Position numbers and translations under genes: made by a program
Shown: piece by piece, positions 37,361 through 45,936 of the stretch
Numbering within the stretch: the stretch's first letter is position 1
How the letters are laid out: every line of letters begins with the position of its first letter
From: a virus
Length of the DNA stretch: 64,000 nt
IMG/VR virus record: IMGVR_UViG_3300027741_002766
Coordinates: 44,738-108,737 of that record
Strand: one strand, 5' to 3'
The notes under the pieces: generated by a model
Databases searched by the model: none
Told to the model about the DNA's origin: nothing
What the model saw: the letters and a program-made list of their open reading frames with translations, nothing else

Positions 37361-39139
37361 ATGGCTGGATGGCGAAAATATTTTAAAGTGGCTGACCTCT
37401 CAGGTCAGATGAGCCCTATTTCGGGTGGTAGAGATGCGGGCTTGCCCGGATATCCACGAAACGATGGTCGTGGATCAAATCTAGCACAGACTGATTTTGC
37501 ATTCCGTAACTATGCCAGCCGACTGCCAGAAGTGTATTCTGGGCACCCTAATCGAATTGAACGCTACAATCAATATGAAAACATGGACGCTGACTCAGAA
37601 GTCAATGCATGTTTAGATATTATCGCCGAGTTCTCCACACAACTCAATGACGACAACAACACTCCATTTGAGATACAGTATTCAGATGAACCCACTGACC
37701 ACGAAATTGAGATCATCCGCAAGCAGATGCAACAGTGGACCAAACTCAACAAACTAGATCAGCGCATCTTCAAACTGTTCCGTAACACCATCAAGTACGG
37801 TGATCAAATCTTTGTGCGTGATCCAGAAACATTTGAAATGTACTGGGTAGACATGTCAAAAGTCAGCCGAGTAATTGTAAACGAATCGGAAGGCAAGCGT
37901 CCTGAGCAGTACATCATTAGAGATATCAATCCCAACTTTCAAAACTTGACAGTGGCAGCCAAGACCACCACAGATTTCATGGTTAATCCGCCCACAGGTG
38001 GTGGTTATCAGCAGGGTTCGGGCTATACCATGCCCAACACTGCCATGACAGGAACCAGTAGATTTAGCCGTGCTGTGAACGAGACCTGTATTGATGCCAA
38101 ACACGTGGTGCATCTTTCCATGAATGAAGGCTTAGACACGTTTTGGCCCTTTGGCAAGTCAATCCTGGAAAACATTTTCAAAGTATTCAAGCAGAAAGAA
38201 CTGCTGGAAGATGCGTTACTAATCTATCGTGTGCAACGTGCTCCTGAGCGCAGAGTGTTCAAGATTGACGTGGGCAACATGCCATCACACCTGGCCATGC
38301 AATTTGTGGAACGTGTGAAAAATGAAATGCACCAACGCAGAATACCCACATACGGTGGCGGTGGTGGCAACATCATGGATTCAAGTTACAATCCATTGAG
38401 TATCAACGAAGACTTCTTTTTCCCCACAGGTGCTGATGGACGTGGCTCTAGTGTAGATGTATTACCGGGCGGTCAAAATCTAGGCGAAATCGACGATTTA
38501 AAGTACTTCAACAACAAAATGGCTCGTGGTTTACGTGTGCCGTCAAGTTACTTGCCCACTGCGCCTGACGACTCCGAGCGCACCATGCAGGACGGCAAAG
38601 TGGGTACGGCCTTGATTCAAGAGTATAGATTCAACCAGTATTGCGAGCGACTGCAAGCACTTATCATGCAGAAACTTGATGATGAATTTAAGATGTTCCT
38701 GCGCTGGAGAGGCTTCAACATTGATGCTGGCCTGTTCCAACTCAAGTTCAACCCACCACAAAACTTTGCCAGTTATCGTCAGGCTGAGATGGACACAGCA
38801 CGTATCAGCAGTTTTACCAGTCTGGAGCAGTTGCCTTACATGAGCAAACGTTTTATGCTAGAGCGTTTCTTGGGTCTCAGCAAGGACGAAATTGAAAGAA
38901 ACGAAACAATGTGGCGTGAAGAACGTGACCGACCTGAACTGCAAACCACACAAGGGCAGGACCTACGCTCAATTGGTATTACTCCAGCAGGTATGGAAAC
39001 TGATATTGCCACAGGTGAAGAAATGGCCAATCTACAGGCACCTGCCGCAGAAGGTGGCTTGCCAGCCGCACCTGCAGGCGGTGTAGGTGGTACTATACCG
39101 GGCGTTCAAGCACCGGCGGCCGCACCGGCGGGATTATAA
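37361..39139 (+). CDS. gp20: Portal protein, T4 gp20-like
   Basis: 'LLEDALLIYRVQRAPERRVFKIDVGNMP', 'EDFFFP', 'LPGGQNLGEIDDLKYF...LRVPSS'. Confidence 0.95.
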   Translation: MAGWRKYFKVADLSGQMSPISGGRDAGLPGYPRNDGRGSNLAQTDFAFRNYASRLPEVYSGHPNRIERYNQYENMDADSEVNACLDIIAEFSTQLNDDNNTPFEIQYSDEPTDHEIEIIRKQMQQWTKLNKLDQRIFKLFRNTIKYGDQIFVRDPETFEMYWVDMSKVSRVIVNESEGKRPEQYIIRDINPNFQNLTVAAKTTTDFMVNPPTGGGYQQGSGYTMPNTAMTGTSRFSRAVNETCIDAKHVVHLSMNEGLDTFWPFGKSILENIFKVFKQKELLEDALLIYRVQRAPERRVFKIDVGNMPSHLAMQFVERVKNEMHQRRIPTYGGGGGNIMDSSYNPLSINEDFFFPTGADGRGSSVDVLPGGQNLGEIDDLKYFNNKMARGLRVPSSYLPTAPDDSERTMQDGKVGTALIQEYRFNQYCERLQALIMQKLDDEFKMFLRWRGFNIDAGLFQLKFNPPQNFASYRQAEMDTARISSFTSLEQLPYMSKRFMLERFLGLSKDEIERNETMWREERDRPELQTTQGQDLRSIGITPAGMETDIATGEEMANLQAPAAEGGLPAAPAGGVGGTIPGVQAPAAAPAGL

Positions 39140-39146
39140 ATACAGC

Positions 39147-39806
39147 ATGAACAATTATCGTAAGATATACAAAAATCATTATGGTAAAATTCCAACTGAT
39201 GAAACCGGAAGATCTTACGAAATTCATCACATTGACGGTAATCATACCAACAACAATATTAGTAATCTTAAATTAGTTACAATTCAAGAACATTACAATA
39301 TTCATTATTCTCAGCAAGATTGGGGAGCCTGTCAAGCAATAGCAATTCGCATGGAAATTGATCATGCTACTATTTCTGACATGGCAAGAAAATCCAGTTT
39401 GGCTAGAGTTGCTAAAGGGACTCATCCATTTTCTGGACCAGCACAGAATCTTAAAAAAGTAGCGAATGGAACGCACCCATCAAAAATTAGGATGGAAAAC
39501 AGAACACATAATTTTTTGGGTGAGAATCACCCAATGAAAGTGGCTTCGGCAAACGGAACCCATCATTTTAGTAGTAAAAAACTTGAAGAGTTAAAACAAA
39601 CCAATCCTGACAAATTTGCAAAAATTTGTAAACAACGATCAGATACTGCGTTTCAACGAATAGCAAATGGAACCCATGCTGGTGTTAAAATATTTTCTAC
39701 CTACCACACTTGTCCACATTGTGGCAAACAGGGAAAAGGTGCTATTATGTATAGATTTCATTATGATAATTGTAAAACAATAAAGAAACTAAATATTGAA
39801 TTATGA
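39147..39806 (+). CDS. Free-standing HNH homing endonuclease
   Basis: 'YEIHHIDGNHTNNNISNL...EHYNIH', five (N/K)GTH-like repeats, C-terminal CPHC; AT-rich. Start at ATG 39147, 4 nt after TATAAATA (39135-39142). Confidence 0.9.
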   Translation: MNNYRKIYKNHYGKIPTDETGRSYEIHHIDGNHTNNNISNLKLVTIQEHYNIHYSQQDWGACQAIAIRMEIDHATISDMARKSSLARVAKGTHPFSGPAQNLKKVANGTHPSKIRMENRTHNFLGENHPMKVASANGTHHFSSKKLEELKQTNPDKFAKICKQRSDTAFQRIANGTHAGVKIFSTYHTCPHCGKQGKGAIMYRFHYDNCKTIKKLNIEL

Positions 39807-40021
39807 TCCTGAATGAAATTTACGACCGAGCGCCAGCAGGCTATCAAGATGTTGCAGCCGACAACACACAGCCCCACCTGGGTCAATTGCGTAAAACCAA
39901 ACTCACTCTCAAGCAGTTGAACAAACTGCGCAGAATGCAGGATACTCGTACCTATGAGTATGCGGAAAAACTCAAACTAATCCGCAAACAGTATGCACCG
40001 CCAGCACAGCCTGCCCTGTAA
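39803..40021 (+). CDS. Small basic head-module protein
   Basis: 72 aa, 'RKTKLTLKQLNKLRRM'; TAAATA at 39790-39795 lies 7 nt before its ATG. Confidence 0.75.
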   Translation: MILNEIYDRAPAGYQDVAADNTQPHLGQLRKTKLTLKQLNKLRRMQDTRTYEYAEKLKLIRKQYAPPAQPAL

Positions 40022-40080
40022 AAAAACTGTCATTTCTGACAAAAAACCCACCATAAACCGCTAAGTTTTTGCCTTCTAAG

Positions 40081-40086
40081 TAAATA
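40081..40086 (+). promoter_or_regulatory. Late promoter TAAATA for the head operon
   Basis: GTAAATA, leader with TCTGCC-ATGAG-GGCAGA hairpin, AGGAG SD. Confidence 0.65.
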
Positions 40087-40142
40087 TAGGTATAGATCTG
40101 CCATGAGGGCAGAACTACCCAACATACCCTTTAGGAGCCATA

Positions 40143-40967
40143 ATGAGCAAAAACCGTTTTGAACAATTGATCGAATACGTGATCAATGATGAAGAAGCCA
40201 AAGCAAAAGAACTTTTCCACCAAATCGTTGTGGAAAAGAGCCGCGCTATCTATGAAGACCTCATGGATGAAGACGAGTCCAAAGACGATCTCGAAGAAGA
40301 CAATGCCATGGGCGAAGAGCCCACTGAAGTTGACACAGACATGAGCGAAAGCCTTGGTGGCAGCCAAGCCCAAGACATGATCGACGATGTGGAAATGGAA
40401 GAGCAAGGCATGAGCGAAGGCGAAGACGACGTTGAGTTTGACGACAAGGCTGAAAAAGCCGGCCATGAAATGACTCACGACATTGAAGATATGCATGATG
40501 ACGGCGAACTTGAAAATCGCGTGGTTGACCTGGAAGACAAATTAGACGAACTCATGGCCGAATTTGAAGCCATGATGGACGGTGGTGATGCTAAAGACAT
40601 GGGCGACACACCCGACATGACTGACATCGAAGTCCAAAACGACGAGTTTGAAACTGAAGGCATGATGCCAATGGAAGAAGCCATTAACCTCAAGCAAGTA
40701 CACCCCAAAGTTACCACACAGGAAGCACCTGGTACCAACTCTAAGTCTACTATCGCTGCCAATTCAGGCGCACGTGGCGCAATGGCACAACCAGTCAAAA
40801 TGACTGGTGATACAGCACAAGGTCGTCCTGCTCCAACTGCCAAGGACTTGATTGGCAAAGTAGGTAACTCACCTGCTCAAGGCACACAAAGTCCCAAGGC
40901 AGCACCCAAGGCAGTGACCACACAAGCCGCAGGTGTAAACACACGCACACCGTTTCCCAAGGGCTAA
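40143..40967 (+). CDS. Acidic prohead core / scaffold-like protein
   Basis: Very Asp/Glu-rich, short coiled coil, basic tail; between portal and protease. Confidence 0.7.
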   Translation: MSKNRFEQLIEYVINDEEAKAKELFHQIVVEKSRAIYEDLMDEDESKDDLEEDNAMGEEPTEVDTDMSESLGGSQAQDMIDDVEMEEQGMSEGEDDVEFDDKAEKAGHEMTHDIEDMHDDGELENRVVDLEDKLDELMAEFEAMMDGGDAKDMGDTPDMTDIEVQNDEFETEGMMPMEEAINLKQVHPKVTTQEAPGTNSKSTIAANSGARGAMAQPVKMTGDTAQGRPAPTAKDLIGKVGNSPAQGTQSPKAAPKAVTTQAAGVNTRTPFPKG

Positions 40968-40973
40968 TCTGTC

Positions 40974-41621
40974 ATGAGATACCTACAAGAGCATTTGAAC
41001 TTTAATCAGGCCAAGATTCGCGTCTTGGTCGAAGATGCTCCTGACGGCAAAGGCCCTTTCAATGGCAAGAACTTGTACATGGAAGGCATCTGTATCGAAG
41101 GCGGAGTAAAAAACGCCAACGAACGGGTGTATCCTGTGCATGAAATTGCCAAGGCCGTGGACACTATCAACAAACAAGTGGTAGAAGGCTACAGCGTGAT
41201 GGGCGAAGTAGATCACCCAGAAGATCTCAAAATCAACTTGGATCGCGTGAGTCATACCATTGACAAAATGTGGATGGATGGCCCTTGCGGTTATGGCAAG
41301 TTGAGAATTATTCCAACGCCAATGGGACAACTGGTCAAGACCATGTTGGACTCAGGTGTCAAACTAGGAGTTTCGAGCCGTGGTTCCGGTAACGTGAACG
41401 ACGGCAACGGACATGTCAGTGACTTTGAAATTGTCACTGTCGATGTTGTTGCTCAACCCAGCGCCCCACATGCTTATCCCAAGGCCATCTATGAAGGACT
41501 TCTCAACATGAAGTACGGACATAGAGTCATGGAAGTGGCGAGAGATGCCGGCAAGGACAGCAAGGTACAGAGATATTTGCAGAACGAGGTAACTCGTTTG
41601 ATCAAAGATCTCAAAATATAA
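40974..41621 (+). CDS. gp21: Prohead protease, T4 gp21-like
   Basis: 'KNANERVYP', 'GEVDHP', 'RVSH', 'GVSSRGSG', 'VDVVAQPSAPHAY'. Confidence 0.95.
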   Translation: MRYLQEHLNFNQAKIRVLVEDAPDGKGPFNGKNLYMEGICIEGGVKNANERVYPVHEIAKAVDTINKQVVEGYSVMGEVDHPEDLKINLDRVSHTIDKMWMDGPCGYGKLRIIPTPMGQLVKTMLDSGVKLGVSSRGSGNVNDGNGHVSDFEIVTVDVVAQPSAPHAYPKAIYEGLLNMKYGHRVMEVARDAGKDSKVQRYLQNEVTRLIKDLKI

Positions 41622-41632
41622 GGAGTAAAAGC

Positions 41633-42733
41633 ATGCTAGATGCTATTAAACCATTGCTTGATAGTGAACTGATCAACGAGGAAACTCGCAGTGCTATTAG
41701 TGAGGCTTGGGAAGCCAAGTTAACTGAAGCACGTGAACAAGTTCGCGCAGAACTCCGCGAGGAATTTGCGCAACGCTATGAGCATGACAAATCAGTAATG
41801 GTGGAAGCCTTAGACAAAATGGTAACAGAAGGTCTTGCCGCAGAAGTTCAAGCCGTGGCTGCTGAAAAGCAGGCGCTGGCCGAAGACCGCGTTAAGTTCC
41901 AAGTCAAGATCAAAGAAGATGCAACTAAATTCAACAGTTTCATGGTCACAAAATTGGCAGAAGAAATTAGCGAACTGCGCAGAGATCGCAAGATGCACAC
42001 AGAAGGACTGGGTAAACTGGAAAACTTTGTGGTACATGCATTGGCCCGTGAAATTCAAGAATTTGCAACAGACAAACGTGACGTGGTGGAAACCAAGGTT
42101 CGTTTGGTGCGTGAAGCACGTGGTCAACTGGAAGGTCTCAAAGCACGTTTCGTCAAGGAAAGTGCCGAGAAGATGAGCCAGGCTGTTAGCCGTCACCTCA
42201 AGGCAGAACTCACACAATTACATGAAGACATCCAAATTGCTCGCGAGAACAATTTTGGTCGTCGTATCTTTGAAGCATACGCAGCCGAATTTGGTGCTAC
42301 TCATCTCAATGAGAAAGCCGAAGTTCGTAAACTGCACGATATGATTGCCAACAAAGATCATCAATTGAGTGAAGCCATCCGACTCACACAGAGAGCAAAA
42401 ACTCTGGTTGAGTCCAAAGAACGTGAAATACGTATTATCAAGGAATCCAATGTGCGTCAAAACACTCTGGACGATTTGCTTGCACCTCTCAACGAAGAGA
42501 AGCGTGAGACAATGCGTAATTTACTCGAAAGCGTACAAACAGCCCGTCTGAATGCCGCATTTGAAAAGTATCTACCAGCCGTACTGGCCGAAGGCCGTTC
42601 AACAAGTAGCCGCAAAGTGATTGTTGAAAATGTGTCGGAAGTAACTGGTGATAAAACTGCCCGAAGCCACGTAGAAGATAATGTTGAAGACAACAGCAAC
42701 GTTATTGCTATCAAGCGCCTGGCAGGCCTCTAA
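41633..42733 (+). CDS. gp22: Prohead scaffold protein, T4 gp22-like
   Basis: Long coiled coil between protease and capsid; 'FGRRIFEAY'. Confidence 0.85.
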   Translation: MLDAIKPLLDSELINEETRSAISEAWEAKLTEAREQVRAELREEFAQRYEHDKSVMVEALDKMVTEGLAAEVQAVAAEKQALAEDRVKFQVKIKEDATKFNSFMVTKLAEEISELRRDRKMHTEGLGKLENFVVHALAREIQEFATDKRDVVETKVRLVREARGQLEGLKARFVKESAEKMSQAVSRHLKAELTQLHEDIQIARENNFGRRIFEAYAAEFGATHLNEKAEVRKLHDMIANKDHQLSEAIRLTQRAKTLVESKEREIRIIKESNVRQNTLDDLLAPLNEEKRETMRNLLESVQTARLNAAFEKYLPAVLAEGRSTSSRKVIVENVSEVTGDKTARSHVEDNVEDNSNVIAIKRLAGL

Positions 42734-42754
42734 ACAAAGAAAAAGGAGACAGAA

Positions 42755-43966
42755 ATGTCAGAACAATTATTAGAAAGCCGCTGGGGCGAAACCAAAGAAG
42801 CATTGCTTGAAGGTTTGAACGGTTCCAAGCGCAACAGCATGAGTGTTATCCTCGAAAACACTCGCAAGTACTTGAAGGAAAACGCAAGTGGTGGTTCAAC
42901 AGGCTCTGGTAACATTGCCACATTGAACCGCGTGATTTTGCCAGTGATCCGTCGTGTGATGCCAACAGTTATTGCTAACGAGTTGGTGGGCGTTCAGCCA
43001 ATGACAGGCCCAGTTGGTCAAATCCACACATTACGTGTGCGTTATGCCAACTCAATGACTGACAACAGTCCAGCGCAGACCAGCACTGCGGCCGGTCAAG
43101 AAGCATTGAGCCCATTCTTGATTGCTCAAGCATATTCTTCAGCATCTAGCGTTACTGCTGGTGTTGTTGACCCAACACAGAACATCTACTCTGGTGCTAA
43201 CACATCAGTTCTAGAAGGTTCTGGTGGTCGTCAAATTTCCGTGCAAATCTTGAAGCAGGCTGTTGAAGCCAAGACTCGCAAGTTGCAAGCACGTTGGACT
43301 TTTGAAGCCGCTCAAGACGCACAAGCAATGCATGGTATCGACGTAGAAGCCGAAATCATGGCCGCTTTGGCTCAAGAGATCACTGCTGAAATCGACCAAG
43401 AGATTCTTTTGAGTCTCCGTAGTTTGGCTTCAACTGAGTACACATACAACCAAGCAACTGTTTCAGGTACTGCTACATTCGTTGGTGACGAGCATGCCGC
43501 ATTGGCAGTTTTGATCAACCGTGTTGCTAACTTGATCGCCCAACGCACACGTCGTGGCGCAGGTAACTACGCTGTTGTGTCTTCAGCAAGTTTGACAGTG
43601 TTGCAATCTGCAACTACTTCTGCTTTTGCACGTACTACAGAAGGTACATTCGAAGCACCTACAAACACCAAGTTTGTTGGTACATTGAACGGCGCAATGC
43701 GTGTGTTCGTTGACTCTTATGCAAGTGACACAACTCCTGTGTTGGTTGGTTACAAGGGTTCTTCAGAAGCAGACGCTCCAGCATTCTACTGCCCATACAT
43801 TCCTTTGATGTCAAGTGGTGTTGTGTTGGATCCCACAACCTTTGAACCAGTTGTGTCATTCATGACACGCTACGGGTTTATCGAACTCACTAACACCGCA
43901 TCGTCTTTTGGCAATGCTGGCGATTATGTGGGAGAGATAGCCGTTTCGAATCTGAGTTTCTCCTAA
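42755..43966 (+). CDS. gp23: Major capsid protein, T4 gp23-like
   Basis: 'VGVQPMTGPVGQIHTLR', 'VEAKTRKLQARWT', 'FYCPYIPL', 'FMTRYG'; AAGGAG SD; strong codon bias. Confidence 0.97.
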   Translation: MSEQLLESRWGETKEALLEGLNGSKRNSMSVILENTRKYLKENASGGSTGSGNIATLNRVILPVIRRVMPTVIANELVGVQPMTGPVGQIHTLRVRYANSMTDNSPAQTSTAAGQEALSPFLIAQAYSSASSVTAGVVDPTQNIYSGANTSVLEGSGGRQISVQILKQAVEAKTRKLQARWTFEAAQDAQAMHGIDVEAEIMAALAQEITAEIDQEILLSLRSLASTEYTYNQATVSGTATFVGDEHAALAVLINRVANLIAQRTRRGAGNYAVVSSASLTVLQSATTSAFARTTEGTFEAPTNTKFVGTLNGAMRVFVDSYASDTTPVLVGYKGSSEADAPAFYCPYIPLMSSGVVLDPTTFEPVVSFMTRYGFIELTNTASSFGNAGDYVGEIAVSNLSFS

Positions 43967-43993
43967 GATTTACTCAGTTCGCAAATGCAACTC

Positions 43994-44020
43994 AAAAAAA
44001 GCACCTTCGGGTGCTTTTTT
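43994..44020 (+). terminator. Intrinsic terminator after the capsid gene (bidirectional form)
   Basis: AAAAAAAGCACC-TTCG-GGTGCTTTTTT. Confidence 0.9.
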
Positions 44021-44021
44021 G

Positions 44022-44082
44022 TTGACTTTTCTTTCTAAAAATGTTATTGTTACAAGGCGAAATTGCGGTGAGAAACTAAATA
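44022..44082 (+). promoter_or_regulatory. Sigma70-like promoter plus late TAAATA for the homing endonuclease
   Basis: TTGACT, 17 nt, TG-T-TATTGT (44022-44050); TAAATA at 44077-44082, 5 nt before ATG 44088. Confidence 0.5.
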
Positions 44083-44087
44083 ACAAT

Positions 44088-44843
44088 ATGAAACCATACA
44101 CCTATCTAATAAAACATCGTCCTACAAGCAAAGTCTATTATGGATATCGTTCTGCTAACCAAGTAAATCCGTGTGATGATCTTTGGAAACATTATTTTAC
44201 CAGTAGTCATGGTGTACAACAGTTGATTGATGAAACCGGCGCAGATAGTTTTGATGTGGAAATACGCAGAATATTTGAAACCAAAGAACAGGCAAGCAAC
44301 TGGGAAACCCGAGTATTACGTCGCTGCCGAGTATTAGAAGACGAGCGTTGGCTTAATCAAAACATTGCCGGTTATATTGTGCCCACCAAAGAAAGCCGAA
44401 AAAAGATCAGTGACTACCACAAAGGAAAACCTAAGAGTGATCAACACAAACAAAATCTAAGTAAATCACAAAAAGGTAAATCAAAAAATTATGTACAAAC
44501 AGAAGAACACAAAAGAAAAAATTCTTTAGCAAACAGTGGGAAAAATAATCCGATGTACGGTACTTGTACACCTGAACGTGCGGCAAATATAAGTGCCGCT
44601 AAAAAAGGTAAACCTGCCGCAAACAAAGGTGTTCCGATGAGTGAAGAGCAAAAAGCAAAGATTCGTGCTACTAAAGCCATTAGTCCAACTAAGATGAGTG
44701 CGGAGTCAATCGCTCGCCGGATAGCCAAACAAACTGGCCAAAAACGACAAAAACTACACTGCCCACATTGTGAACGAGACATAGCAGTCGGGTGGTATAA
44801 TCGGCACGGTGATCAATGCCGCGCCCGACTAAATACCTTGTGA
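44088..44843 (+). CDS. Free-standing GIY-YIG (Seg-like) homing endonuclease with NUMOD3-like repeats
   Basis: 'PYTYLIKHRPTSKVYYGYR', 'YFTSS', 'WE..VL', 'WLNQN'; repeats 'KSDQHKQNLSKSQKGK', 'SGKNNPMYG', 'MSEEQKAKI'; CPHC tail. Confidence 0.88.
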   Translation: MKPYTYLIKHRPTSKVYYGYRSANQVNPCDDLWKHYFTSSHGVQQLIDETGADSFDVEIRRIFETKEQASNWETRVLRRCRVLEDERWLNQNIAGYIVPTKESRKKISDYHKGKPKSDQHKQNLSKSQKGKSKNYVQTEEHKRKNSLANSGKNNPMYGTCTPERAANISAAKKGKPAANKGVPMSEEQKAKIRATKAISPTKMSAESIARRIAKQTGQKRQKLHCPHCERDIAVGWYNRHGDQCRARLNTL

Positions 44844-44875
44844 CAAAAATTCTCAATGAGATGGGAAGGAAAAAC

Positions 44876-44900
44876 AAAAAGGCTCTTCGGAGCCTTTTTT
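44876..44900 (+). terminator. Intrinsic terminator
   Basis: AAAAAGGCTC-TTCG-GAGCCTTTTTT. Confidence 0.9.
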
Positions 44901-44916
44901 CATGGCTAAATAGACC

Positions 44917-45936
44917 ATGCTAGAAAATTACTGGAGTACCAATTTTGTTTACGATCACAGCCATAGAAATCATTTTGATTATGTAGATCAAAGCACATTG
45001 TCCAAACATTTGTGCTTTGTGTCCGACACCATGTTAAAAATCCATCAAATGGATGTGGCACATGATGCTGAACTTATTCATCTGTGTCAGACAGAAACCA
45101 ATCGCATGCCGGTGTTGTGTTTGGACAGCAACCCCTACGATGTTGAATCCTATCTCAGTGAATTAGAGAAGCACGTAGACCCTCAAACTTTCTTTGTGTT
45201 TAATCCAGATATTAGACAGGAGCAAAGCACACGCTCAAATCTTGCACCCTGGCCGTCTTGGTTGATCAATCAACATTTACAAAAAAATATGCAAGTAGGA
45301 CAAGTAAAAACTCATAGAATAAGTTTTTTGTCTGGCATACCTAGGTACCATAGAATATATTTGTTTAGACAAATCCGACCCTGGATACAGCACAATGATG
45401 TTGTGGTTGTTAACTGTTTCAGTCGGGAACAATTTTTAAACACAGTGCCTAGAGGAATAAGAGTTGATGCTGATAGTTGGCTGAATGATTTGCCCTGGAG
45501 CAACAAGTTGGAATATATTGACACTGATCAGACATGTACCAATGCCAATCTACCCTCATTGAATCAGCATCCTGCTTACACAGCATGTGTTAATATCACG
45601 GGTGAAACCTTGGGCTACGGAACACAAGTTTTGCCTAGTGAAAAAACTTGGAAAGCCTATAGATCAGGTTGTTTGGTCGTGAACTATGGAATACAAGATA
45701 TGCCACTGGCACTGAAAAATCTTGGCATCGAAATTTGGAAAGAATATGATACCTCTCAACCAGCCGAAGTCAAATGTGATAAAATTGTAGAATTATTCCA
45801 GCGTGATGATATTGAACAGTTATACGCAAAACATCGCACTATGATTGAACACAATCAAAATTTAATTAACAGCAAGAGTTTTGTAAAAAAATTAGCACAA
45901 CCTGCTATAAACAAACTACAAAAACATTTACGTTAG
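44917..45936 (+). CDS. Putative glycosyltransferase-like protein (GT10-like C-terminal motif)
   Basis: 'VNITGET...SEKTWKAYRSGCLVVNYG' resembles the E-N/T...(T/S)EK...A...G motif of alpha-1,3-fucosyltransferases; TAAATA (44907-44912) 4 nt before ATG. Confidence 0.55.
   Translation: MLENYWSTNFVYDHSHRNHFDYVDQSTLSKHLCFVSDTMLKIHQMDVAHDAELIHLCQTETNRMPVLCLDSNPYDVESYLSELEKHVDPQTFFVFNPDIRQEQSTRSNLAPWPSWLINQHLQKNMQVGQVKTHRISFLSGIPRYHRIYLFRQIRPWIQHNDVVVVNCFSREQFLNTVPRGIRVDADSWLNDLPWSNKLEYIDTDQTCTNANLPSLNQHPAYTACVNITGETLGYGTQVLPSEKTWKAYRSGCLVVNYGIQDMPLALKNLGIEIWKEYDTSQPAEVKCDKIVELFQRDDIEQLYAKHRTMIEHNQNLINSKSFVKKLAQPAINKLQKHLR

Noticed and set aside
44056-44076. GGCGAAATTGCGGTGAGAAAC resembling a group I intron P element
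   Set aside because: Isolated short match with no other core elements; the capsid gene is complete upstream.
44840-44923. Leaderless mini-ORF starting at GTG 44840
   Set aside because: It runs through a strong terminator before reaching a stop; treated as a possible small RNA instead.
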